From positions 122,202,001 to 122,266,000 of the forward strand of contig NC_042998.1 of the NCBI RefSeq assembly GCF_006345805.1: 64,000 bases of DNA, written 5' to 3'. Below are positions 1 through 12,070 of this stretch, in pieces. The position numbers were made by a program, and so were the translations under genes. Positions within the stretch are counted from its first letter, which is position 1. Each line of letters opens with the position of its first letter. Under the pieces are notes generated by a model. The model did no database searches. It saw only the letters and a list, made by a program, of their open reading frames with translations, and was not told the origin of the DNA. Source of the stretch: Octopus sinensis (taxonomy: Eukaryota).

Positions 1-563
1 TACCTACGTGTGTGTGTGTGTGTGCGTGTTTTTCTTTGTTTTGACATTGCATGATAACTGTTAAAAAACACATCACCATCATACAAACCATGTCATTTGT
101 TTATAATCTTCTGCGGAAAACATGTCAACTGTTATGCTCTTCATGTTTGAAGGATTAGGGAAGAAGGTGAGGGCATCTAGCTATAGAAAATCTCCACCAA
201 GGAACTTCATCTGACCCATTCATACAGAAAAGTGGATAATAAAATCAATGCTGATGAGGTGATACTAATACCCAGTTGTTAGAAGCCAATATACATCTGC
301 TTCAGAGTAAAGCATTGAGTACAGAACATTATGTCAATTTATGGATGGCAAGGAAACAGGAATCACATTATCAGCTTACATTTGTTTCTGCAATAAGAAG
401 TGAGCTTGAGAGCTTGTGCAACATTTTATAGCTTCCTCACAGTCATTACAACAAAGTGTCTCCTACTATAGCTGCAGGGTAACCAAAACCATGAGAGTGG
501 ATTTGGTTGATGGAAACTGAGAGAAGCCCATTGAATATACGTGCATACAAAAACATATATATA

Positions 564-595
<32 letters not shown>

Positions 596-1744
596 GTATT
601 AATATTGTGGCTCAGAATCACATTACTTAAAGTTTTATATGAGTGAGAAAAACCCTTCTCATATTTCAGATGCTTTTCCTTAATATGCAATATATATACA
701 CATATACACAAATGTATTCACATCTATATGTATGTACATATGAATACACACACACACACACACATACATATATATGCAGGTACCTGACCAATTTCCTGGC
801 ATTCTTGATTCCAAAGCCTTGACAGATTAACCACTTTGCTGGACTATTTATGTTTACATAATAATTCGTTAACACACCAAAACAGACGTGGAGCCCGGGC
901 AACTCTTCAACTGGTCAGCTCCTATCAAACTGTCTAACACATGCCAGCATGGAAAATGGACGCTAAATGATGATGAAGGTGATGATGCTACTCACCTACT
1001 AATTATACACCTCGTATATGTCTAAAGTACCATGAACAGTCCTACTTTATCTTTGGTTGATATGGATAGGTGTTTATGCTTGACAGTCCCTCTGATAGCC
1101 ATAGCTATAGTTTAGGGGGTAATTTTAAGCAAAATCAGCAGAGGATCTCTTAAACTTTTCGTATCAGCACTAACAAGTGCAATGTAAATAACATGTATAA
1201 ACACACTGTACACACAATGCCACCTGTGGCTGCACAGTGAATTAGACTTGCAGCTACAGGGTATTTTGAATTACCCTCCTAATTTATCCAGATTAAAGGA
1301 GGTTCTGGACCATTGGTTGTCAGAAAAACACACATATATATAATTCTCTTTTGGAACAATGAAACTCAAAGTAGATAAAGCTATAAATAGTATACACATA
1401 CATACACATGTATCTAATCATCATCATCATCATCATCCCCATCATGGTTTTCATGTCCATTTTTCCATGAATTGCTTAGATGATAACTGATGAGGTAGAT
1501 TCTTCTAAGCTGTATGCTTTTCCTGTCGTCAAACTTTAACTGTTTTTAAGCAAAGTAATATTTATACTAGACTATTGAACAATGAACAATCAGGACATGG
1601 TTTTGCAGAGGATTATGAACAAATACAACTATTTGTATGAATAGTGACTTCTTGTTTACAATCAGTGTACAAAAGTATGATAAGAATGCTTTCTCTCTCT
1701 CATACAAGGAGTCTGTGTGTGTGTGTGTGTAGTGTGTGCATACA

Positions 1745-1880
1745 TGCGCAACAGGGTTCTTCCAGTTTCTGTCAACTAAATTTCATTCACACAGTACCAA
1801 TCAACCTGTTGCTATAGTACAAGATAACAGACGACAGGATCTATTCAGTAGGACTCTGTTGGTCAGTGTCCACACACACA
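1745..1880 (-). mobile_element. SINE family A fragment, degenerate
   Basis: gggttcttccagtttctgtcaactaaatttcattcac resembles the reverse complement of the 2341 body. Confidence 0.5.
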
Positions 1881-2340
1881 CACACGTTTGTATATGTACA
1901 TATGTGTATGTGTTTATATACTTACAGACATTTATACGAGAGTATAAATGTGTTCATAGGCAAGAGAAATTCTAGCCTTACATGGACAAAATGTTTTAAG
2001 TGCTAGTGCTATGAAACTAGCCACCCAGTGGAGTCATAGAAGTCATACCAAAAATTAAGCAATATATGGTAACTGACCCATCTAAGCAGGTAGTAAGTTT
2101 GAATAAAAACTGATGGCCTATAACAATCCATCTGTTCGATACAATCATGGGAAAGCCAATGTAATAATGATGCCAATGATTAAAATGCACATATATATTT
2201 TGCTTAGGCATTGCAAGACTAATAACCTGGTGTAGAACTCAATATATGTATCCTTTGGAAAGAAATGCGAGACGAGTATAGAGTGGTAATAAGAAAATGA
2301 GATGACAAAAGAAAAATCAGCTATGTTATGAACATCATTA

Positions 2341-2730
2341 GGCGCAGGAGTGGCTGTGTGGTAAGTAGCTTGCTTACCATCCAGATGGTTCCGGGTTCAG
2401 TCCCACTGTGTGGCACCATGGGCAAGTGTCTTCTACTATAGCCTCGTGCCGACCAAAGCCTTGTGAGTGGATTTGGTAGACGGAAACTGAAAGAAGCCTG
2501 TCGTGTATATATATATGCCTGTGTGTTTTTGTGTGTCTGTGTTTGTCCCCTCCAACATCGCTTGACAACCGATGCTGGTGTGTTCATGTCCCCGTCACTT
2601 AGCGGTTCAGCAAAAGAGACCGATAGAATAAGTACTAGGCTTACAAAGAATAAGTCCTGGGGTCGATTTGCTCGACTAAAGGTGGTGCTCCAGCATGGCC
2701 GCAGTCAAATGACTGAAACAAGTAAAAGAG
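2341..2730 (+). mobile_element. tRNA-derived SINE family A, near full length, with internal TA/TG microsatellite
   Basis: A-box-like TGGCTGTGTGG (2351-2361) and B-box-like GGTTCAGTCCC (2394-2404). The body recurs at 39.2, 40.3, 53.1 and 56.5 kb. Confidence 0.88.
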
Positions 2731-2740
2731 CAAAAGAGCA

Positions 2741-2926
2741 TCATTAGCTAACAGCTGTTTATGTCGTAAGATGCAGTAGGCTCGTAGTTGTGTGCCTGAA
2801 TAACACCTTATAGCTTCACTGGAGTCTTGAATATGTGAAGTGTTCTGATGAAGCTATAAGGTGTTATATAGGCATTCAACTATGACTCTACTGCAACTTA
2901 TAGCAGAAACAACAGTAAGCTAATGA
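2741..2926. repeat. Imperfect inverted repeat, arms about 78 bp, with a hammerhead-like core
   Basis: Arm 2741-2818 versus 2849-2926, e.g. taacaccttatagcttca / tgaagctataaggtgtta. Confidence 0.85.
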
Positions 2927-3152
2927 AGTTCATAACATAATTGTTTTTTTTTTTCCTTTGTCATCTCATTTATATATACATATATATATAAATAATATAT
3001 GTATGTATGTACGTGTATGTATGTATGTGTAATTTTTAATAACAGCTCGACTCAGTCAAGCTGTTCTTAAAAAATATATGTAACTCGTACCAAAATGTGC
3101 TGAGTGCCACTTTCAGTTATCTATTCACTTGTGTGAGTATACATACATACAT

Positions 3153-3204
<52 letters not shown>

Positions 3205-3869
3205 ACACACACACACAAACACACATATACATATATATCTGAACCCTCAAACAAATATGTCTATAATTGATTTATACAAGGACTGCATGGTATGAATAAA
3301 GGGAAAGGTAAACTTACAAGCATATGCTCTTAATAAACTAAGAATTTTACGAGTTTCTTCTATCTCTGGCCAGAATAATGAAGATTGATCTGTTGAGTTT
3401 CAATATTTATTAAATAATACATTGTAGATACATTACTCATTTTCTGTCCCACAGAGAGAACTAAACTGGTTTGCATAATTTGCATAACTGAAGAAAATGT
3501 AAAATAATGTATGTTTAATACAAATTCACGCATGCTTATGAGTTTACCGAACATCTGTGTATGTAGATGTTGTTGGAGTAGCTGTGTGTATATTTGTGCT
3601 TGAGTGTATTTATTAATGTATTTGTTGGGTAGAACTACCCGTGGTTGGCAGCAGCAAAGTTATCTACTATAGAGAGCCATTACTCCTACAAACTAGTCCT
3701 TGTACATGTCACTAAACCTGGTTTGTACAGCTGGATGCCCTTTCTATTGTCAACCATTTTACAGAATGTACTGGGTGCTTTTCTCATGACACCAACACAA
3801 GAGATGTTGACTTGTACTCAGCAAGGCAGCTTAGCAATCAGTGAAACAGTCATTGGTAAGAAAGACATT

Positions 3870-4085
3870 GGCAAGCTGGCAGAAACGTTAGTGTGTGCCG
3901 GACGAAGTGCTTAGCGGTATTTCGCTCATCGCTACGTTCTGAGTTCAAATTCCACCAAAGTCGACTTTGTCTTTCATTCTTTTGGGGTTGATATATCAAG
4001 TACCAGTTGTGTACTGGGGTCGATCTAATCGACTGGCCTCCTCCCACAAAATTTCGGGCCTTGTGCCCAGAGTAGAAAAGATTAT
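3870..4085 (+). mobile_element. tRNA-derived SINE family B
   Basis: gctggcagaaacgttag...gagttcaaattcc...gtactggggtcgatctaatcgactggcc...gagtagaaaag recurs at 25.0, 38.9 and 59.1 kb. Confidence 0.85.
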
Positions 4086-4144
4086 TTACCACATCAGAAC
4101 AATTCATGTATGTATGTAGCTAGCTATATACATATATTTATACA

Positions 4145-4150
4145 TACATA

Positions 4151-4210
<60 letters not shown>

Positions 4211-4285
4211 CATAATATATATATAGAGAGAAGAGATAGATAGATATAGATAGATAGATAGATAGATAGATAGAGATAGATAGAT

Positions 4286-4328
<43 letters not shown>

Positions 4329-4330
4329 TG
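4145..4330. repeat. (TA)n plus (GATA)n microsatellite
   Basis: Direct inspection. Confidence 0.95.
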
Positions 4331-5063
4331 CTTGTAAATGTACACATTATATATATATATATTTATACATAGTATACATAGTAGGCACACACACACACAC
4401 ACTCATGTAAAAATTCCTCAAATATATTTTGAATGTGTTTTCATTAAAGACAATAAAAACTACTCAAGGAAAGCAACAATATCTTTTATATATATATGTG
4501 CGCGTGTGTGTATTAAATATACAATAAAAACTGAATTAAAAATGAATGGAGGTATGCATATTGTGAAGAGATATATATATATTTCCCCTGGATGTTATAA
4601 TGCTTTTTCTGAGATAAACGCATGTAAATAAAGGCAGACGTATTCACATCATCAGCAGGGCACCAAACGGAATTTGCTTAATATAGATTTGTTTATGTTA
4701 TAAAGCAAAATATAACCTATTGTTAACATATTTGAAATTACGTAAAATTTAAGCAAGACTCTTTAGGGATAGCTATGTATATACATATAGGCTTTTACGT
4801 AAGTACATTAATATATATGCAAATATATGCATACATATATTGTGCATAAATGTGTGAGAGGGACAGACATAGACACACACATGCATATATGCATACACGC
4901 ATGCACACACACACATTATTGCCTCTCTACTTTTGCCATTTCTCTGGTTAAGGAACCACAGAAATAATGTTTATGTGATTAATTAACTCCATCTTCCACC
5001 ATCATCACTACCATAGCTATATATCTACACTGATGTCATAAATTTAACTATACATACACACAG

Positions 5064-5128
<65 letters not shown>

Positions 5129-5180
5129 TAACTAGATAGATAGACAGATAGATAGATATACTTTTACAAAGAAAACTTTG

Positions 5181-5252
5181 ATAGTGACCTCGAAGTTTCG
5201 GCTTGGTAGTCCTCATTAGACAGTCTGACGAAAGCGAGCAAAACTTCGAAGC
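5181..5252. other. Back-to-back degenerate minimal hammerhead motifs (Penelope-type)
   Basis: Minus strand CTAATGA-GG..CC-GAAAC-TTCGAG-GTC; plus strand CTGACGA...AAAAC-TTCGAAG. Confidence 0.5.
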
Positions 5253-5390
5253 CAATTAAACTTATCGTAATAAAAACGATTAACTATTAAGTAATCCTTC
5301 ATGTTAAATTGATTTTTTTAATATATAATTTGACATAAAAACAAACATTAATGTGTGTGTTTATGCATGTTTGTGTGTGTATGTATGTGT

Positions 5391-5478
<88 letters not shown>

Positions 5479-7976
5479 GGGTGAAGAGACAGGGAGATAG
5501 ACAGACAGACGTGTTCTAGAAGTATCTGAAAACTTTCCAGCTTTATTGGCATTTGAATGGTACGAGGGTAATAACAAATGGCACATCCTTTGTCCAGATG
5601 ACTAGTAGAATAATACAACCGGGGAATTATCATTTCGGCTTTCTTCCTTATCGGCACTTTAAAGTTGGTACAGATTGCATGTGCCTAAAATATGTCTGAG
5701 AAATTTAAGTCGAATGCGTGCATGAAGTATTTTAGCTTTAACGTTTTACTTTCGATGTTAAAAACAAATCTCACCACTCCAAATTATAAAGGATATGTTT
5801 ATGTGTGTGTAAGGTGTACAAACATGTATGTATGTATATACACATCCACTCAACAGCGTTATACAGCAAGAATACATCCAATCACCCGCACACACCAGAT
5901 ATATACATGCATAGTTCACACATAACCAATCAATTAACCGCATATACGAGAGTAGTCTATAATTACACAAGATATATAGCGTCAAACGTAAATAAGTCAG
6001 AAAGTTAGACAGAATGACAAGTCTCCACAGAATTATAATAGGAATATAAAGTTGCAGTAAGATGTACAAAGTTGCGCACGCACGCACACACACACGTATT
6101 TAAAATATACTGATTTACATTCAATTACGCATAGTCATATGTAATTAAACACATACAATCACATAAATAGGTCCCTCAGACACACCTGTTGTCATTCACA
6201 TAGTGATGCCGATTAAGGGAGTATTCCTAACGAAAAAGCAAAGACACTTATTCTAATTTACTATGGTTATAACTGAACTGGAGGCAAGTTGAGTGGATGA
6301 TCTTGCTTAAAGCCACAGAGCAATGCCTGTGGCTGTCCATCGACTCGTCATAACTTAGGAGGAAGGAATTAGATATCTTTCTCAGTTGACAAACAATATC
6401 CCAAATTTTGGCGGGGTGGTGACAGGTGGGATCAAGATCTGAATATGTTACGTGAAGACTAAGATGCATGAGGTAAAAGATGGATACAAAGTTGTGGTGT
6501 TTATACTTTCCCAAGGTCAATGAATTAGTAGAAAACAAAGCATTAGAATGATAGGCTCGAAAAAGCTTAAATGGGAAGTGGCAACATTGATTATTTGTCG
6601 AGAGCACTAAAAGGATTTAGGAATCATTTCTTGCCTAGGAATAAAATGATACATCTATTACAGGAATAGGGTTAAAGGGTTGTAGTGTTGTTAATGCTCT
6701 CCCAAGGACACTGGAGATAATTTGATAATGAATTCTTATATTACAACATGTTTTGATGTTTGATTAACCGTAAGTATTTGATAGGTACTTATTTACTTAA
6801 CTCCAGAATATAAAAGGCAAACTTCTTTTGGGGGGATTTGGGCTCAGAACGTAAACAGATGTTTACGTAAAATACCTTGTAGGTATTTTGTCCAATGCGC
6901 TCTACTACTTCTACCCTTCCCCAATAAAATGATCTGAAGATGGAGTAGAGCTAAGGTGTAGGGCAGTGAAAGGGTTAAGTTAGAAAGAACGGAGGAGAGA
7001 ATATGCCAAAGTAATAGGGAAGATGGAGAAAGAATGGTCACAAGTACGCACACACACACATTCAAAATCATCCACGCACTTCTACGTATCACGTACAAAT
7101 ATCTACACCCTTATTTTGGTAATGATGCTTTATACGTTATTCACTCACTCACACATACATACATACGTACGTACATACATACGTAACATATGTACGTGCG
7201 TACGTACATATGCACACACATATATATGTATATACATACATACATTCTTGCATATATATATATGCATATATATATATATATATATATGCATACATACATT
7301 TATATACGTATGTACATACAAAACATACAAATATATATGCACAAGCACAGTTTAATGTATATGTATATACGTGTTACGATAGCCTGTACGCGTGTGTATA
7401 TCATAATCACCAAGATCCATATTGATATTAGACATACACACAGCTTGAGTTTTGTCACTTATATCAATATTTACATAAAAGTAGTGGCATTTGGCAGTAT
7501 TAGCGGGAATGATAGCCAACTTACATTTCCCTACCACCTCAGCAAAGCGGGACAAAGTAGCAGAGATCGTGTGGAAAAGGGGGACAGAACAAAGTTGGCA
7601 AAGGAGTTTGATAGGTTCACATCACAATGATGATATTAGTGGTGGTGATGAAGATGAATTTAATTCAAACATAAATAGGGGAATTTGAGAGGGAGTCTGA
7701 GGCAGAGAGAAAGACAAACTAATTGGCAAAGATCAGGAAAAGAACTAGAATGAGGTAGATAGAGCTGGAAAGAAAACGAGAAGAAAAGGAATAAAAAAGG
7801 TAGGGGTCGGGGAGTAAAAAACAATGGAATGGAGAGTAAATTGAGAAGACCGAGAAAAAATACAGGAATAATTCCTTCTTTTCAAAACGTCTTTTGAATG
7901 TCCCGTAGGGTTCCTGAGAGCAAGGGATTAATCTCACTTTCATGGAGTAAACATAAGAGATAAATATATTGGAGTG

Positions 7977-8029
<53 letters not shown>

Positions 8030-8038
8030 GGTGACCGG

Positions 8039-8088
<50 letters not shown>

Positions 8089-9169
8089 GACAGGCTCGTC
8101 TAGCCAGAGATACTCTCCAAAATCACACCTTCATAACTTACAAAAAGATGCGAATAATCAACAAAGCCATATATTATAAGCAAGGCAGATCAGACCAGAC
8201 GTGAGACTCATAACATCAACAACAAACGACGGATGTCTGCGATCGGCAACAATCTTCATGTACTATTGCTACCTTTCTGACAATCAGGTGAACTTAATGT
8301 GAAATAATGGTTCTGTTTAATAGTCAACGAAACGCTCTCAGCCAATTCGAACTCGTAAATCAAGTATCGGGTCTATTTTATTCTACTTGGCCATTTCATT
8401 TTCGCAGAGACTGGCGGTAATTAGCAAGGGATGGAGAGTTTGAGAGAAAAGGAGATGGAGAGAAAGAGGAGCTTGGTGAAAAACATAAACGAAAAAGAAA
8501 GTTTATAAACAGAGAGGGGTAAGTTTATATGAGGAAAAAAAATAAATAAATAAAGCGAGGAAAGGAGTGAGAGCGGGAAATTGCAAAACACTGACAATTG
8601 AAGAGATTGAACAAGACATGTTGTGTACTATCGAGAACCGGGTGGACGGTTGATGCGTTATAAACACTATAGAGAGGGGTGGAGTGCAGAGTAGGACTGT
8701 TATCGAAAGGTGAGACCGAGTCTGTATTGTCTGTGTTGAGTTCACGTCACCAGTGTGTATGTGTATGATTGATTGTACACATATATATAGACAGCTTACG
8801 AGTAGTCCATGTTTAACTGAGTACACGTCACCATGTACAAGTAACAAGATATGCACATAACGGCGTGCTCATGTCGAATGAATGCCCACATAACAATGTA
8901 GTAATATATATGCGAGTGAAAAAAAAAGCGTATACGTATTTATAGACATGCATTTGTGTATATGTATATATATTTAACCTTTGACCCTATATTTATATAT
9001 GCACACTAATTATATATATATATATATATACACACACACATGCATACATACACATAAACACACACACATTAATTATCTATATATTTATGTATATATTGAT
9101 TAATTAATTGATTGGTTTGGTTTGATTTCAAATAAATAGGCACAAAGCATAGGCATCGAAATTTGCGGA

Positions 9170-9300
9170 GCGGTGTAATCATTTATATCGTCCTTGCTCT
9201 GGTGCCTTATTTTACCGACACTGGAAGGGTGAAAAGCAAATTTGATCACAGCGGGATTTGAACTTAGAACGTGCCGTGGCTAAATGTTGCACTCTGACGC
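9170..9300 (-). mobile_element. SINE family B, degenerate
   Basis: ttattttaccgacactggaagggtgaaaagcaaatttgatcacagcgggatttgaacttagaacgt matches the reverse-complemented body. Confidence 0.55.
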
Positions 9301-10410
9301 TTTATATGTGTGCGTGTGTGTATATACATATACATAAACATGGCAGAGAACAGTTCACATGTGTATGAACTCACGTATAAGTATAGTTTATGTGTGTATG
9401 ACATCTTGAGTACTTCTATACGGAAACAATTCATCTTTTCGTCTCAGTGACTATACACGTATTTAAAAACAACTCCTACCAATTTACACACACACACACA
9501 AGTAGAAAAAAAAGACAAGTGAATGTTTATCAATGTCAATCATGTCACGCATTGTCAGTGAATGTGTTAGATCAAATCGCAATAGTAAACATTTTATTCA
9601 ATCACACACATATACGATTTCAATAAAGATACATACGTGCGTATGTGTGTGTATATATATATATATACAAACATAAGCTATCTTAAATTGCAAGCCGCTA
9701 AATGGAAAATATTAATATTTTATATAAATTACTTTGTAACAATTAATTTACTTTCAGTAAGAAAACGTTTTCACTTATTCGAAATTGCAAAAGGTCTTGG
9801 CTCTAGAGTTTTTGTTTTATTTTTTAAAATTTTCTTGACATGTTTTAACAAACTTCTAAGGCTTGCCTATTTATGTGTGCGTGTGTTTGTATTTAAATGA
9901 AAGGTTATACAAGTAAGACACCGTTTGAAACTACGTGTGTATATATATATATAATGTACACATGTGTGTGTGTGTGTGCACACGCATATACACAGAGAGA
10001 GGGTTGGAGAAAATGTAAACACGACAATTCTCAAGTAGAAAAAAAAATGTTCACTGCAAAAGAATACATGGTATCATTTTCGACAGAATCTATATTATTC
10101 TTCCTTTCAAACTATATTTGCAAACTAACACACATATCTAATAGGTTTTACAACTGTTTACAAATGAAATCTATTACTGGACGGAAAGAGTGGGAGTGGG
10201 GGTTAAATTGCAACAAACAGAAAGTGTCCTTTCTATTAGACATCCGCCTGGACAATTAAGTTTATTTGGATCCAGTAGGGATATGCTTGGATTTGACGAC
10301 ATTGAAAACAATAGTCTAATTAAAGACCTTGTTATCATTAATGTCAACACAACTGCAACAATGAGGTTAAATGAATGAATAAATAAATAAATAAAAACGT
10401 GAGCACCTAC

Positions 10411-10853
10411 CCGAAGTATAGATGCGACCTGTAAGTACCCCAGTAGCGATCAGGGTCCATCAGAGGAGACGTACTGTTTTCGGACAGCATCTTTGGAGAG
10501 TTCAAAGGAGTTCGCACAGTCATTTCCCGAAGATGGACAAGGTGTTGGTAATACAGCGCGACCGAGATGCTGACCACACTAAGAAGGACCAATAGCGCTT
10601 TAGTAACAGCTGCACTGTCCGTCAGTCCGAAGGATGACCAGAAACCTAAACGGCCGGCCGAAGCCGGGCAGCGTCGATGTTTACTTTTCCCATTGTTACT
10701 ACCGTTTCCACCGTTGTTATGATGTCCATTGCTGTGAGAAGAACCACCAGCAACTATTGCAGATCCACCCAGGTGGTGCATTTGGACAGTAGGATCCCTA
10801 TCTTTGTCACCACTTGCTAAACGTCGACGGGTATCCTTGCTATTACGAGCCAT
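10411..10853 (-). CDS. MOGS: Mannosyl-oligosaccharide glucosidase (glucosidase I, GH63), first coding exon
   Basis: ORF MARNSKDTRRR...ALLVLLSVVSISVALYY...SPLMDPDRYWGTYRSHLYFG has type II membrane topology. The motif matches human MOGS [22 protein letters not shown]. It carries an N-terminal RRR and ends at a GG|GTAGGT donor (GT at 10410-10409, phase 2), so the in-frame TAG is intronic. Confidence 0.93.
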
Positions 10854-12070
10854 TGTTGATCCTTAGTAAGTGATAAACCTTTGAAAACAAATTAATATGT
10901 TGTCCACAGTGTATGTAGATATATAAGAAAGAGTGTGTATGTGTGTACTTTGTATATGTACAGGATGTAATATTTTATTTTACTTTTTTTTCAGATTATC
11001 CTACTTCGTCAAAAAGTAGTTTTGATAATTCTAATTAGCTTAATATTGGAATTGGGAGGGAAAAATCGAGTGTGGCTTTGTTGTTTATATGTACGTGGAA
11101 GTTGTGGACAGTTGACACTTAAAGTGGTTGTTTAAAAAACACTAACAGCGACTCACTTTCATTCAACGTTACCTTTCTGGCACGTTATCAAACAAGTTTC
11201 CAGTTGGCTGACTTAGTTAATTAAAACACACCACTCGGAAGTAGTATTAGTAGTGTCACGTTAGCTTCTGATGATAAAAGTGATAAAGAAGTGTTTTGTT
11301 TTTAGTTAACTAGCTTCCAGCTTCAGCAATATTCCATCTGATGTGCTGGTCGGTTGTTATGTATTATTTGTTGATTAAACATGTTTCTATATAACTTATA
11401 ATCTATTATTTGGTTTAGTGACTATCTCGCTTGTTAATAGAAACTAACCTCAGTATTTACTAGTGAGACAACAGCTTTCCAGCATGGAGATATCTGTCTA
11501 TGTTGTTGTCGTCCAGCCAGACGTCAACTCACTACTAAAACAGCAACAATGATACAGACCGCCGGAAGCCGGGCAACGTGTACAGCAGTAATCGCCGTGT
11601 TTTCACAGCCACCACTACTGCAACTACACCGCTTATGCTATTCTACTGTATCGTGATGATGATGATTGCTCTTGTTGTTAGTGACGTAGGCACTAGTGGG
11701 AGGAGGTGTTTTCAACGAAGTGGGAGGGGCAATAACATGGAAAAAGAGAGAGGGAGAGCTGGCGTAGTAACGGTGTTCATGGTAAAAAGTAGCGGCTGTG
11801 CTTTCCAAGCGCAGTCGTGACTTGCTCGATGGGAGGTATAGAAGCCTGTCATTGTAGTGATCGAACAAAATTCCTTCTGTGCAGGAGGTGAATGTCATTG
11901 GAAGGAGGATACCTTATAATATACTATGACAACTTGCTTCAGCTTCGTGGCTGAAATACCGAAATTTTAGTTACTGACAGGGACGACCCTTAATGCAGAA
12001 GGAGTGGCACACTAGTTTTAAAATCTCAAGCGTTTTCCCCCATTTAAAACGACGAAAAACAACGAATTAA
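10420..12070. promoter_or_regulatory. CpG-enriched promoter/TSS island of MOGS, possibly bidirectional
   Basis: Visibly higher CpG and GC content than the rest of the window, and free of SINEs. ETS-type CGGAAG motifs at 11236-11242 and 11562-11568; CRE-like half sites GACGTCA (~11520) and TGACGTAG (~11682). Confidence 0.6.
10879..11172 (-). other. Possible 5'UTR intron of MOGS
   Basis: Minus-strand donor AAAG|GTAACG at 11173/11172 and acceptor TTGTTTTCAAAG| at 10879/10878, 25 nt upstream of the ATG. Motif evidence only. Confidence 0.4.

Noticed and set aside
2341-2410. tRNA gene (also the heads at 3870, 24990, 53500 and 56515)
   Set aside because: A/B boxes are present but there is no complete cloverleaf, and each continues into a repeated SINE body.
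4086-4100. CTG ATG TGG (LMW), and a similar VMW near 8885, as MOGS exon 2
   Set aside because: The first is followed by a stop and the second has no acceptor; neither has the upstream TRSP motif.
6248-6607. 119-aa minus-strand ORF with a phase-compatible acceptor, considered as MOGS exon 2
   Set aside because: The peptide has no resemblance to the conserved TRSP...GLMW...RH.C.QGD region that must follow YFG.
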